From positions 1 through 64,000 of the forward strand of contig KZ538386.1 of assembly GCA_000934665.2 (NCBI GenBank): a stretch of DNA of 64,000 nucleotides. Direction: 5' to 3'. Origin of the DNA: Catajapyx aquilonaris. Lineage: Eukaryota. The position numbers were made by a program, and so were the translations under genes. Shown here piece by piece: positions 11,787 to 26,672 of the stretch (position 1 is its first letter; each line of letters starts with the position of its first letter). Below the pieces are notes generated by a model, which searched no databases, was not told where the DNA came from, and saw only the letters and a program-made list of their open reading frames with translations.

Positions 11787-14700
11787 CTGGTGGTAATCCA
11801 CCCCCCTAAGGGAGCCAAAGGCTCTAGCACGGAGTGATATTTTTTTTTTAACTGGCAGTGTGACGAAAATTCCACACTTGCTCTTTAAAGCTCACATGTT
11901 TTTATAATTAGTACATGTTTAATATGACATGGTATCATACAGGCATTTCTACATTTCAAAATTATAACATTTTCCACATCTACTTTCTGAAGTGTTTGGA
12001 AGGCGTCTTCTGTTTCTGGGCTTTATCGCCGAGCCTTATAAGGCAAGTCTGAACAGGCAAGGAACAGGGGAGGGAGGGGGGAAAAAAGAAAAGAGGGAGG
12101 TAGGTGGGGGGAAGAGGTGAAGGGGAAAGCAGGGATTTTAGGTCGACAAAAATATGAGAGGAGCAGAGTTGCACCTGCCCCTGAGCTCCATGGGCAACGC
12201 GTTGCCAAATGCACGGATTTAGTCCCTACAACCAACCTGGAACCATATTTTCGCCATCATATAACCAAAACCGTACTTATAAGCACGGTCCATTTAAATA
12301 AATCCAATTTTTTTCCAGCCTCAGGCGTGGTCCCAGAGGCGTTCCCTAAGCACGTAAGCAATTAATAAACAGTAGCTGAAGACCAAGTGCTTGCCCCTCA
12401 TCCAAGCAGGCTACAAAAACCGCTTTTTTTCCATCCTCAACCCAACCCCACCCCGACCTGAAATGTGGGCCAGCTTCTGGAAAGCTCACCTTACATTTTA
12501 ATCGGCTACCGGGGAGGGCTGTCCATGGCCATCCTGCGAAAATGACCTTCCTCAAACATACCCTTTGAACCTGAAAGACAGCGTCGTCATGCGACCCGGT
12601 CCAGCATCCTGGTCATATTTCAACGACGCCATGAATAATATAGTGTGTCGTTGCATGGTAGCCTCGGGTGCCTCGTGTTGCTTGGGATGATGCCAAACAC
12701 AGGTCACTATACTGGTATATCCGATTAACGTACTATGAGATAGTACGATACTATCATATTATGCAATAGTATAGTCACCAATTTTTTTTAAGGGAGTTGG
12801 GGGGGTCCAACTTGGTTCCAAGGTTAGATGTACAACTCGGGAGTAAAAGTGTGGTCAAGGCTAGATAGTGGTGGCATTTTTCGAGTAAGAGGCGTGGATC
12901 CAAGAGGTTGCTGGACTCTGAGGTCTTCGTACCATCAGGGTTCCTTGCACCCACAAGAAGCTGCAAAACCAGCAGCTAGGATCCTGATTCCATGTCCCTG
13001 GCAACGATGGACGCCACTCCTGTTTACATTGGGGCGGCCATAGTTCTGGCATTGGAGATAGCTGAATTTGTAAACACAGACCAATTGCTAGATAAGGGCT
13101 GGAAAGTGCGATGTAAAACTAGTTGCTAGCCTCAAACCTGTTGCCATTAAATCCGCACCAAAAATCGGATAAGAAAATGTTTGCATTTGAATAATTTGTA
13201 ATTAGTGGAACCTGTACTAGAAGTTTTTGGGATGCTGGATGAGATGGCCTGTGAGCCCAGATCCTGCCTGCACAGAACATGGTTGGAGGTAGGTGAACCT
13301 GCTCGTGGCAATTATTTACGACCTGTTTACGGGCACGGCAAAAAGATCCTCCTTTTTTTGTACTAAAGGTACATGAGGAGGGGGGCGGATTCGAAAACCC
13401 GATGGAAAAACCGGACCTGACTCCCCGCTGGGCACCTCGCCCAGAACAACCAAAAGAGAGGATTGGAAGATGCAAGAGGCTGCGTTGTATGGCATCAATT
13501 CTGCAGGTCCTATCCTATCAGGCGAATGAAGAAGTAGAAAAAAATAAGGTATGCACCTGAGTCAATGCACCTGCGACGGCCATTTTATTCCAGCATTTCC
13601 AAGCTGGGAAGGTCAGGAGCGAAACACGAGTCTTTTCAACCCTGCATTAAATGTCTCTCAGGTGGTATGACCTGGCAACGTGGTCCACCTGAAATCAATG
13701 TCAGGAGAACCATTAGCATCAGAATTACGCTTGATCATGGCGGCAAGGACGCCAGCAGCTCGTGTCCTGAGAAGATAAGCCGGAGCACTTGCAGCATCGC
13801 TACCGATGGTATGACCCAATGTGAATTATGCACCAGCAGGCTTCCACCGGAATAACTGCTCCGTAGCAAATGTTTCCTGAGGAGTCAGCTTGTCTGTCGG
13901 GTATATATCGTATAGAGTGGTGTGTAGCTTACCACCTGTACCTTGGACTCCTGCCAGAGCTAATGCAGCACTATGTGACGTCATGAATTGCAAAGTGCAT
14001 CGGATAGGCCCCTGGAATTTGCGCAATCTGCTGCCTGATCCTGGATGGGGAAATTCTTCGCCGTGAACAACTTCCAGTCGAATTAGCAAACCGGTACCGT
14101 ACCCAGTGTCACTTTCTATTATTTTCCCCTACCAGTATTTCAACAAACCACAGGGTTTTAAAGGCCCCACTTTTTTTTTGTACCATATCCCGACAGAACT
14201 AATGGTATTTACCTTATGACTATAATCATCTCGCAAATGGAGTTACGGTCCATTCCGAACACTACTCGCATATTAAATCCATCCGTGCAAAACATGGGTG
14301 GGCAACCCCATCTGATGATACCACCCCCTCTCCCTCCACATTGTCTTGGGCATCCTGCTCCATGGATGGCCATGCAGGAATGAAGCGTCCATCGTAGGCA
14401 ACCAAAAACTTCATGCCTGTAAGGTTCAAGGCTTTCTGGCCAATCCCCCAAAGGGGGGGGGGGGGGGGGCAGNGGGGGGGAGGCAGGTAAGATGTACGTA
14501 TAGCGCACGGAGGGCAATCATCCATCCCGGGGTCGTGGTCCTCCTTCCAGCGGACATTGCTCCAGCATGATGGCCAAAAACGCCTCGGACAGGCAGGACA
14601 ACAAAGAGGGCGGTTCCGCTGCTAGATTTTTTTTTTTTTTGTGTCCTTCATTTTCCAGATCACCTGCTGGCTTAGAACCTGCACCAGGTAGCCCCTGATT

Positions 14701-17700
14701 CAGGTAGCAGCAAGCAGGACCTTCAGAATTATATCTGCTCCCCAACAGAAGCTGAGCTTTCACGCTGCGCTATGCACCTGCGCAATGGAGCCCACCCTGT
14801 TCCTCTCATCTTTTACTTTTCTTTTCTAGGTGTGTTTTTTTTTTAGGGGGGTTGTCCAGCGAAGGTTATTCCAGTAGCTGTTCAGGACACAGCTCGTGCC
14901 TTCTTATTACACACCATATACTTTTTCTAGGGAGCGAGGGTAAAAAAAATTGTGGATGAGTTCAGGACAAAAGATGATTGGTGGATCAAAATGTGTGTCG
15001 CATTGTGTTGAAACACTGGGGTGGCAGATTAATGGAAATGCCGGGTGTAATTTGTCGGGATGATTTATGCAGTGATTATTTTGAATGACACTGATTACCC
15101 GGTTTTTGTCCCTTTTGAATCAAAATACCTTCATGTACTCTAGGGTAATGATATATTATATTCCACGACCGGTATCACATAGACGAAGTAAGTGTTATTA
15201 ATGCTTGGTCCAGAACAACTGAGAGTGATGACAGAGACGACCGGCTTCAAGGATAAATGTAGGAAGACGAATAGAATCAGATATTGTATCTTATCCACAA
15301 GGTACTGTACGTATACGATTTTTTAAAAAAAAATTAGTCGGAAAACTGCTGATTAATGCAATAGCTGAAACATGCAGCACGAGTAGCACAGATGGCTCCG
15401 AGAAAATTACACATTTTTTTCTTATTATTAAAACCCTTTCCTAAAAATGGGCAGTGATTTGAGGCAAGAGTAGACACGGTAGTCATTAGCGCCCTGAGGT
15501 AAATGAACATGAGAAACTCCTGGTGAGAATACTCCCAGCCCAGCCAATCCGTGTGAGAAAAAATGTAGAAGATCCTCTGAGACAAAAGTCTCAGCACGCA
15601 TAATTAGATTGTTCAAGAAGGTCCCGGATTTGACCCTGACATTGAAAGGACGCTTTTGCAGTGGGTGCTTGAGCAGTCACCTGTGACCGTGGCTGGGAAA
15701 GGTGAACTGTTTGGTCATGGGAACCGACGAACCTTATGGTCACTGGAATCCACCTGAGCCCTGGATTTTTCTCTAGGTATCCCCCCTATCAAATCTGTCA
15801 AATATCTCACCCTCTCAAAATGGCCGCCACCATCAAAATGGCCTCCACATTGTTCACTTCCCTTTTGTCAACCCCTGCCAGAAACGCATTCCACTCCTCA
15901 CATTTGACCCCCCCTCCCTCAAGTGCATATAGCCACAAAAAAAAACCAGGTATGACTATTATAAGTATTAGAATAGGAAGTTTTTGCACTCTGGAATTTG
16001 TAAACAAGCCATGTTATGTGTAACATAACCCACTTGTATGCACTTGGGGGAGACTCAACCTTGCCATTGCCTTCACCCTCATTATGAAAGATAAGCACAG
16101 CAATTAACGCCGCACGCAAGTCGTAATCCTTGGTAAGGTCAAAGAGATTTGCGGTGGTGTATGCCAGTTCGTCGAAACCACCAAGTGCGCGTTTCTTTGC
16201 AACAACTCAAAATATCCTGTCAGACTCCCTAGGATATATTCCAAAAAAAACAAAAAAAAAACTGAAAATTACCATAACTCAGCGTGTCCAATTTGCATGG
16301 CAAATGGCGGCATAATAACGGGGTTGAATCTGTGGATTTTCTATCCAAAGTCTGGGCGGTGCCCCCCTCTTGCTCTGCCGTACATTGTACGACAGGTTTC
16401 GAGACAATTTTATGATGATGAGGGCCTGAAAAACCGATCCCTCCAGGCCTCTCAGCACTGTCATAGATCCTTTTAAATGTGGCTACTGGAACAACAATCA
16501 GAGTAGACCTGTGGCTGAGTGGCTCCCTACTTTCTCTTCAGGGGGATACCCCAAGGCCCACGCTAAGGTCCTTCGTTTTTTTTTTTTTACAACCAATTTT
16601 TTTTTACCAGTAAGTTTTTTGCCCTCTTCTCAAGCCGGATTTGTTCCCTTCGTAGACTTCTGCCAGAGCACGTGTGCCCACAGAAACTGATGGAAACCAT
16701 TCGTCCTCCAGACCAATGTTGCCACAATGGCGTGACGATCACAAAAATCACTGCATTTAGCTATTAGCTATCGATGGTGGTGTTGACTGTTTGTCATAAT
16801 TAATGATGCTGAGCACAGTGCAGGCGGGTTCAGCTTGTGAGTCATGGGCACGTATTTATACGTTCTACGTGTCACCAATGCGGGTAATCGTCACGTAACG
16901 CCCACAAAACCAGCACCCCTCGACGGCCTTTGCAAATCGCTACCATTTAGAGTGTCACCCCGCCCAAAAGCCAAGGAAGCGTTGCGTAATGGACACCAAC
17001 ACCTGTGCGCACCTGAAACGTCATTCGCCCACTGTTTCCAGGCCAGGAGTGGAAAGGAAGGGGGGGNATCCACAGGGTGCTTGCGAGGGTCATGGACAGA
17101 CGTCCCAACTTGTCCTTTTCTCAAATGGGGTCAACTAGCAGCCCTACCCCTATCCTGACAGCCCGACACATCAACCTATCAAGTATATTCTAAAGGTCTC
17201 AAGAGTCTTTTATAAAAACCAGTCACAAAAGAAACCTCTGACGAAATTAGGCCTGTTACTCAGAATTTGACTGCCATTCAACAAACTCTGGTCTTTTGTG
17301 CTAAAGAAGTGAGGTTCTTTCAGTGATGAAAAATTCTTGCCCGGATTTTCCTGCTTCTCAATTCACAACTAGAAGAAAAGAGTGAAGGGCACCATTCCTT
17401 TGGAGGCCTCTGGACAAATGAACAATTGTGGCCGATGGAATGTGGTTCACGTTGTGTTTACCCAGATGCTTTTCAGTGGCTAGTGGTCAATCAGTGTTTG
17501 ATGGACTTGCCTGTACTAGACCCTGGAAAAAAGGGCACAAAGATTGGAGCATTTTTGGCGCCAAGTTTGGGCCACCTGTGCTGGAGGGTGGGCCCAACCA
17601 ACAATGCGGGGCAAGCCTACCAGCTGACAATGGTCCAGCCATCTGCCGGTCAGCAAGGACGGCAACGGTGCTCCCAAAGAAGAAAAAATGTGCCAGCTGC

Positions 17701-19436
17701 TCCTTAGGTTTTGCCCCCCAGCCACTACCCCATCCCTGAAAAAGGCTCAAAGACCACTCGCCAGCTGACCCCATCACGACCATGGGTTGGAAGCTAGGTC
17801 CTCGGGCTACAAATGAGTCTTCCAGGTGTTCGGGGGTTCCTAAGAAGGAAAAGCTCTTCCTCGGTTCTGCTCTGATGCCATCAGCTGAGCTGACCATGTC
17901 TTCCTGACCTCCCCTGGCCCAGACGAACTTGCGACACGCAATAGGGAAATCAAAACAACAGGGTTTGTATTTTCTACCAATGTCTGTATTTACCACATAT
18001 CCATTTTCAATCTTACACCGTATACCACTCAATTTTTTTTTTTTACAAATTTTATTTTCTAGAACAAAATATTATTGCAAGTTCTCTGTGCGATATACAT
18101 AAAATCGATCTTAAAATGCCTTTCTTTACTATTGTTGATATGAACAACAATTCCATGAGATCAGGCAAATAATACATCACAGGTGTTAAGCAGTGGTGGA
18201 CCCAACACATGTTCTGGTCTGGGGTATCATCAATACAGGAAATAAACGAGCGATTCCACTCTGGAATAGAGGTAGACAACCTGACAATACCTACAAACCT
18301 CCACCCCGTTCCAGAGTCTTGGTTCCACCACTGGTTTTTGTTATGCATAGATTACAAACATTCTACCAGGAAATTGCCACCATGGTCAGTATTTAGTGAT
18401 ACTAACTGGTGAGGCTCGTGGAAAATAAAAGGCTGTGCCAGGTTTTTTTAGAGCAGCAACCCAGCTTGGATGAATGACAAAAATAATATAAATCATGGAA
18501 ATGACAATGCACACACATACTGTCTGATATCACACAGTTCAAAAATAGAAACAGTTCACAATAACATTTCGAGCTGCCGCATATATATGATGTTACATGA
18601 AAAATTGAAACCGGGGTTGCGCCTTTGGATACGACACAATTTCAGGTTCTTTTCTTTTTAATCTGAATAATGTGAATGCAGTTCCCGATCGGATGAGATT
18701 ACTTCGGGTCCTGATTCTAGTACACACACTCTAACCTAAGCCTTTTCAATTTCCACAAATTGCTGCTGGTTCATGAAAAAAAAAATGCTAATTCCTTTTT
18801 TGTACTTGTCAAGTCTTTGGATCTTCCAAACAAAAATAATCCACCCGATAGGCCTACAAATTCATCCAAAACCTAAGCCATCCTACACCCAAGTTGAGAC
18901 CACAATTAAGCAACTCTTTGGACACGAGCCTACACAAAAAAAGATGCAATTCCCAAATTCCACACCTGTTTCTCCAGCACCTTCAAGGCAAGCTTTATCA
19001 GAGGAAATTACTGATTATTGGTGGGGTTGAGGGGGGGGGTACCTATTATTATGAGAATCGTACTGATATATGTACATAACTCAAAAACTGTAAGCAATGG
19101 ATTAAATGTACTGTAAAATGAGAGAAAATAAAACCTGGTTTGTCATATTCATGATTGTCTTGCAAATTAAAAAAAGAGCTGTATCTCACCCGTAAGGAAA
19201 GTAGGGTGATATGACCATAGATTACCTGCCTCTGATTGGCCCAACTGCCCCTTAGTTTTTCAAACTAATCACCTTCTCGGTCTGTAAAAGCTCTCCTTCT
19301 ACTTGAGCATATGCAATTCAGGTGCAATGTCAGGAGAGACGGAGAAAAAAATAAATTATTCGATCGTGCGTTCCAGCACTAAGCGTTTCGACACCACCGA
19401 GACTTTCCTCAGCAGTTTGAAAGATGGCAAACATTA

Positions 19437-19912
<476 letters not shown>

Positions 19913-20184
19913 CTTACACCTCACATATCATTCCACCTCTTGACTGATAATATGCACCTTTCCGAGATCAATTTATGATTCTTTTTACAATTCTACAAGC
20001 AATAAATATTTACATCCGTTTAAAATACATCTAAACAAAAAAAACAACAAGTTTCATCAATCTTTGTCAAATACATGATTGCAATAAGTGCGATACCGAA
20101 TATATTCACCGGTCGCTCAACTGCCCCGCCGTCTCACTGGGAATTGAAGCGCCTTTTGGCCCACCCAATCAACGCCATATCTTC

Positions 20185-20231
20185 TTACCGCTTCTTGGCG
20201 CTGGGTATCCGCTTCTTCTGGTGCATAAAAT
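20185..20231 (-). CDS. dap: CKI-A coding exon 2 (completes the PIP degron; full protein 180 aa)
   Basis: Acceptor TTTTTTTTTATTACAG| on the minus strand. Splicing gives ...RQRQMT-D-FMHQKKRIPSAKKR*, which aligns with p21 QTSMTDFYHSKRR. Stop TAA at 20185-20187. Confidence 0.85.
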
Positions 20232-21425
20232 CTGTAATAAAAAAAAACATTTGGGATAAGTCCAAGTCACTCATTTGATTTTTTTTTGTGTGTGTGTGCC
20301 ACCACACCCCAATCATATAACAGCCATGTCAACAAACCATACATAATTTCTATGTTGCCCTTAATTAATTTTATTATTAACCCAAATATGTATTTGTTCA
20401 TTGAAATATTTATCAAAAATAATTCACGCATGTAATTAACTGGGGGTGTTTACATCCATTTTAATACTATTTTCGAGCATGAACCCGCGTGACATACAAC
20501 TCGGGAGTATAATCTCCACGTACTCCAGAAACGCCCTCGACAAATTGCAAGCTGCACTCAACTGGAGTAAACATTTAACTGCAATCCCTACACGCTAGAA
20601 TTGGCAGCGAGCCTATCGTGTCTAAGTAGGCCGGTCCCCAGTGTTGCCAAACCCTCCCACTATTTTTACTAGATTCCATATATTAAAAGGACGATTGCAA
20701 ACTAGTCCACAAAAAGGTCACCCTCCCTCTGTCAAGAGGAGTTCCGGGTGTCATCGTGTGTTCTCATTGACGTCACCATTTTTTGCACTTACTACACAAT
20801 ACTATGGCGTCTCACACATGGGGCGTTGAACTCCCTAGCTTCAATCTCGGCTCATAATTCACGCGCTTTTTTTTTTTTTTTTAAATAACCAAGCTTGGCC
20901 TCGGGTTCGTGGGGAGTGGGCCACAAATTGAACTTGTGATGTCACTAAAATGTAGGCCAAACCATAGGGTGAAGCCCATAAGATGTATCCTACGCATCCA
21001 AAAAAAAATGGGTTACAATTTTTCGTACAATTTCCTGGGTGCACAAAAAATTTATTATTAAAAAAAATTAAAAAGCTAGGGCTACTCTCGCACCCGCCTA
21101 CTCTCGATTACTCTCGCCGTGACCTCGCATTAAAAAAAAAAATAAAGACCGGGCCACTTCTCAACATACTCGGCCTACAACTCTCGGGCGTAACACAGTA
21201 GTAGCCCCATGAAGGACTTTAATAAAAAACGGAAAAGAAAAAAAAAAGAAGAAAAATATATGCGCTCCTTGCCCCCTAGACGTTGCCACATTTCCGGCTG
21301 CGAGGTTGCCAACACCTGGCGCCAAAACTATTCCGGGAACGACTCCTTATCAGGGCCGGCTTTTTAACAGCATTCCAGTGACCGGCCTTGCGAACCTGAC
21401 ACCACACAACACTGGGTCAACTTAC

Positions 21426-21921
21426 CGGTCATCTGCCTTTGCCTGCTAGCCGCCGTTGCCGGTCGGGTCCTCAAGCAGCTGGCGGGCGGTTTCGACTCAT
21501 CCGATGCCTCTTCAGGTGGTGGAGGACTGGACGTCGCCGTGGCCTCTACCTTCCGTTTTTTGGGCGGTGCCTCGCCCGACGTCCCTGCTTGACCTCCGGC
21601 CCCTAGAGCCATCCTCCTCAGCCCATAGCTAGGATGCACCTCTCCAGACTGTACCTCCTTCCACTTGTACCGTCCCTCTCTAGGCACACCCGTCTCAAAA
21701 TCAAAGTTGTACTGGTCCGAACTCTTGGCGGTCATCTCCTTCAGCTCCTTTTTGGCCTTCCGTACCGCCTCATCGTGGTCCACCGGGCCAAACAGACACT
21801 TCTTTGCGAGTGACCTCCTGACCCGTGTGTCCTCATCCTCTTCATCTTGTGCCACCTTGATGCTCTGCATCCGACGCATTTCGGCCATATGCACAAAAGG
21901 ATTATACACACGGGCGCTCAT
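21426..21921 (-). CDS. dap: Cip/Kip CDK inhibitor CKI-A (dacapo-like), coding exon 1
   Basis: ORF starts MSARVYNP (resembles the Dacapo N-terminus) in an ACCATG context. CDI domain: AKKCLFGPVDHDEA...YNFDFETGVPREGRYKWKEV...HPSY. NLS-like PPKKRKV. Ends at phase-1 donor ACCG|GTAAGT (exon end 21426). The ORF-track extension to 21364 is intronic. Confidence 0.9.
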
Positions 21922-22027
21922 GGTCGTTCTTACAGGTGGCTACAGTGTACCCAAGTGTTCTTCACAGGGTCAGCGATGACCTCATGGCCAAACTCCACTC
22001 ACAACACTACCACCTACTGTTTGGTGA

Positions 22028-22124
22028 TTCGCGCGTCTAACTGCAAGCGTCGGGGGCTCAACACTTTTCTTTTCAATCCCCCACCACGCCATCCCTCCCA
22101 CGTGACCTGGGAGGGAGAGCCAAT
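22028..22124 (-). promoter_or_regulatory. CKI-A proximal promoter (E2F-like, E-box, CCAAT)
   Basis: TTCGCGCG 22028-22035, CACGTGAC 22099-22106 and CCAAT 22120-22124, 105-205 bp upstream of the ATG. Confidence 0.5.
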
Positions 22125-23072
22125 AGGAGCAGGCCAACGTCACACCTTTTATCTCATCCGCTATGCCGCGCTGTGCTGCCATCTCTCGAAGGGGGCCTTA
22201 AATATATTCAAAAATCCAGGAGGCGTTGGATTGACCTGGACCGGCTATTTATAGGTAACGGCCGTTGCGAGGGCGTCGGGTTTCCTCAAAAGACAACCCG
22301 TGCTGGATGTAATCAGATCGGAAGAACCACAAAGGTGTGCGAAAGACTGGTCCAGCCATATTTCCGTAAGGGCAACGTCGGATATGACGTACGGTACTAT
22401 AGTATATTCACAACCTTGGATATAGCAGACCACTTGGTGGTAGCATATATTATGTATAGTCTATACGTCAAGCTCGGCATTACCTTCCCACTGCTTCCCA
22501 CGCTATAGAAGATACTATGCTATCAAGGACATATCCCATCTGTCACTATCTCTAAGCTTCCTAGGAAGTCGCAAGTTTTGCGCCTCAAAGTTGCTGAACA
22601 CGTGTGCTCAGTTTAATATACTCGAGTCTTAATGAACTGTCGGAATTTTGTTGGGTCACAGAGCTGACCTTGGTTCCCACCCGTACATCTGCCACACCTG
22701 AGTCAGGCAGTTGGGAGAGAAGCAACGACAGCTCCTTTACACTTGCCGAAAAGGTCAAACTAATCTTTTTCTGGTATATTTGCAGCAGATTACAGAATTA
22801 TCTGGTCACTGTGTAATTTACAGGCGAGCTAATTTTGCAATTTTGTGGATAGTTAGGGTCTACGCAGTAGTGTATATTAAATCCATGCGGCAGACAGAAA
22901 TTTTTGTGTATTGTTGCAAAAGTAGTGATTTAGATAATTATACAGGAAACCTCTGTCGTATAGGATGCTGATTTCCGCGGTCCCTTGCAGTTTCTTATAT
23001 CCGGAGTCGATTATGTAAGGTAAAATATGAAATTAAAGTACACCTGTTCATGGGTTTGATGTGGAGTATAGG

Positions 23073-23216
<144 letters not shown>

Positions 23217-26200
23217 TCTAGCTAGCATAAAACTACGCTATTTTACACAATGCCTGAATCAATGTGGGCAAAAATAAGACTCCTATTTTTTTCAGCTCAT
23301 ATTCGTACTGACATTGGGTCTTACTGATTAACCAAATGGGTCGATTTTTATCATAACGATGTTAAGCACGAGCTCTCAAACAGGCCGGAAAAATATTCAC
23401 ACGATATGCACTTCCACTTCGGAAACAACTTCAGGGTTGACCAAAAAAAGAAGAAGAAGAAGAAGAAGAAGAAGAAGAGAAGCGGCATAGTAGCTTTGAG
23501 GCAGGCCTGTATAGGAATTTGATGCGTCTTGGGCACTTCCGGCTCTTCACCCCGTGGGAATGGCTACCCCTCCCTCTGAAAACCCGCTGGGTGTAGGCTT
23601 GGGTTCAAGTATTTCCTAGCAAAAATCATTAATTCTCCAGGGTGACATTGCAACCATCTTAGTAATAAATTTGCATTTTTTCCCCCCATCCTTCAGTGTA
23701 AGTAAATAAAACGTGCAAGCTTTTTGGGTGTGATCCGTATGCAAATGCGTGAGAACTTCCGGTTTCCCTTTGGGCCTGCAACTCGATCCATACTGGTTTT
23801 TTGACATGGACCGATTTCTGGTTCAGAAATAAATGCATGGTAGATTTCTGCTATTTGTAGACTGGTATCATTCACATTTTCCTGTTTACCACATGTAAGT
23901 TAAATCGCAAAAATTATTATGGAAGGATGCTGTCATGAGGGTGTAACATCCTGATGGAAGTGTCAATAATATTATATAGGATTTTTGAGAATCATATGGG
24001 TTTGAATTTTTGAAGGATTTGAGTCGAACCTGAGGGTATTGCAAATTATGTGGAGATTTTTGAGTGACAATTCACCGGATATTCGTCTTGAGGATCCCAC
24101 GGGGGGAACTGCTGGAGGCAGGGGTGGTGGAGGGTAAGAAAAGTTCCTTCACACCTGCATTGAGTCGGTGGGAAACCGGAAGGAGGCTGCTTCCAGAAGG
24201 AAGTGGAAGAACGTTGAATGGCCCTCTCCAAGAAAAGAAAAAGAAGGCCAAGATTAGTGACCCCTCATGGTCAGGTCAACCTGTGACATCACAATTCAGG
24301 TTGGTTTCCGGCTAAACCTGTTCCAAAACCTACGAGACACCAGGTTTTCGCAATATGCGCTACGTAGCTATATGTGTATAGGATGTGAGGTGGTGACGAG
24401 TCAAAACATGTTCTAGCTTGCAGATATTTATTATCAGGTTGTGAGTGTTTATTTTTTTAAAGCTAGCCATGTCTTACAACGTTAATAAGTTTTGCGATAG
24501 TGCTATCGTTTGAGCAAAAATATCATAGATGTTACGCAACTAGTACTATTTTGCAACAGTGCTGACTGCGCTCATGATAGAGACATTACTGATACTATTT
24601 AGTATATTATTATGCTGATGAATACATCAAGCATCTGTTCCGAAATTTAATTGCCAACTAAAGGTCAATGGCACTTATGATTCATTGTTACTTGGCCGAA
24701 TTCGTCAGTGTAACGTAGGAAGAACGCCCACAAACCCTTCCTTCGTGTATAAATTTAATGCACATATGTCACATAACATATGGCCAAATTATTCAGAGGT
24801 GTAGGTGCATGCACTGAATCAGCTTGGCACAAATATGGACTCTCTTTAATCAAATTCTACAACTATAGCAACACCCCAATAAATATCAATCCAGTTAATA
24901 TGTACACCGGTCACGACGGCTAAGGCTTCGTATCGGGAGACCCTGCATGTATCTGCTGAAAGATAGGCGTCGTGTATATCCACCGCGCCGGGAAGGAAGG
25001 TTATTAGGTCATGGGGTAGGTTGGTGCAGCGTGCCCCTGCCACATTCGGTCTCCCATTACGAAAGTCCTTCCGCCACGACTTAATAGGCTCACTTTGACA
25101 ATATCAGTAATGGCTAAGCCTTTTTAAAAAACAACAAACAGCTTGTTGAATATGCGCGTAATGGATATATATATAGGAATTAAAAAGTGCAACCTGTCGT
25201 CTTTGGGTGACGTTTGCTACACAACTTGTGCGACCTTCATTGCACATTGCATTATTATCAGTGCTCGTGTGAGTAAGTCAAGCAATCTTACATCGCAGTG
25301 GTTTCCCCCTCATATCTACCGCTCGAAGAGAAAATATGCATCAAACTTCGTCATGTAGGGAAACATCAAGTTGAAGGTCTCACTTACAATTCAGCACTGA
25401 GTACTGTATATAAGTTATCAGTCTACTTTTTGTTTTGAAATCTTGCAAAAAATGAAACAGTCAGTTCCAAATTACGACTCTAAAATGTCTGAACTCTAAT
25501 AACGCAGGGTCATCAATCGCCAAAATAGTGTGGACTGGTTTTTTTTGGCAAAAATAAATTAGTTTCACAGCGTCATTGTATTGCAAGGTACAGTACGTGC
25601 CCTTGTGCTGAAAATCAAAACTGACGCCAAAATAACAGGCACGAATATGCTACATATTAATTGCTCTCTATATAGGCTACAGTGCAGTTGAGAAAGAGGG
25701 AAAATAAGGTCAAATAAGTTTCGCGCAACAGAGATTACAGTTTTGTGACAGTTAATTTTTTTTAAACGTATTAAACGTATAGTTCTGAAAGTGGTATAGT
25801 GTTGACTATTTATAATGTAGACAATATTTCAATAAGTGAAGACTTTGGAGAGTGAGTGTTGCCTACAGATGAATTGAAGTTAAGTGCAAATTACTGACAT
25901 GAAACGAAAATTATATATTGCTGAACCTAGAACTCGTGTTTTATTGTACATGGATTAATAATAAGTTATGAATGGTAGGAAGTGGCGCATCATTGATACT
26001 ACCCACTCTCAACGGACTAGAAAGGCTCTTGGTTCGATGCCAAACTCGGGTTTCCCCTTTTCATATGGTGATTTCCGGTCACGTTTCCGGTACACTAACC
26101 ACCCGGGCGAACGCTCTAAAATGGGCTTCTTCCGACAGTGCACTTGCACCTCCACCTCCCTTCCACATACTGCATGGTACATTTGCCCTGGCGTTACTCA

Positions 26201-26270
26201 GAAGATATTGTACCACGATGTAACATGTACACGATGGATACACCTCACAAATTGTCAAAACACTACCCGG

Positions 26271-26371
<101 letters not shown>

Positions 26372-26485
26372 GCAGGATTTAAGACGAACCTTAAAATATG
26401 AAATCGCCATATTAATAAAATGTGATTTAATAATTAATTTGCGCACAAAACCCCATTTGACCCCTGGGTGTACATCTGGCAATAA

Positions 26486-26640
26486 CACGTGGGAATCGGT
26501 GGGGCAAAAATTTATCATGTCGTCCCTTTTTCGCATGCGCTTTCTATTTATATCGATCCCAACCTCCTCTGCTCTTGCTCTCCCTCTCTCCCCAGCCCTC
26601 CCCCACACGACGCCCTTTCTGTGTGGCAGTCAGCCGGCAT
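26486..26640 (+). promoter_or_regulatory. Putative CKI-B promoter
   Basis: CACGTGGGAA (26486-26495), CGCATGCGC (NRF1/Ewg-like), TATTTATA next to TATCGATC (7/8 match to the DRE), and a pyrimidine tract, all upstream of the putative 5' UTR donor. Confidence 0.35.
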
Positions 26641-26672
26641 ACGCCAAGGAGAATAGCTGGATAGTTCATAAG

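Noticed and set aside
21364..21425. ORF-track C-terminus of CKI-A (KLTQCC...)
   Set aside because: Read-through past a consensus GTAAGT donor; the spliced form restores the PIP degron.
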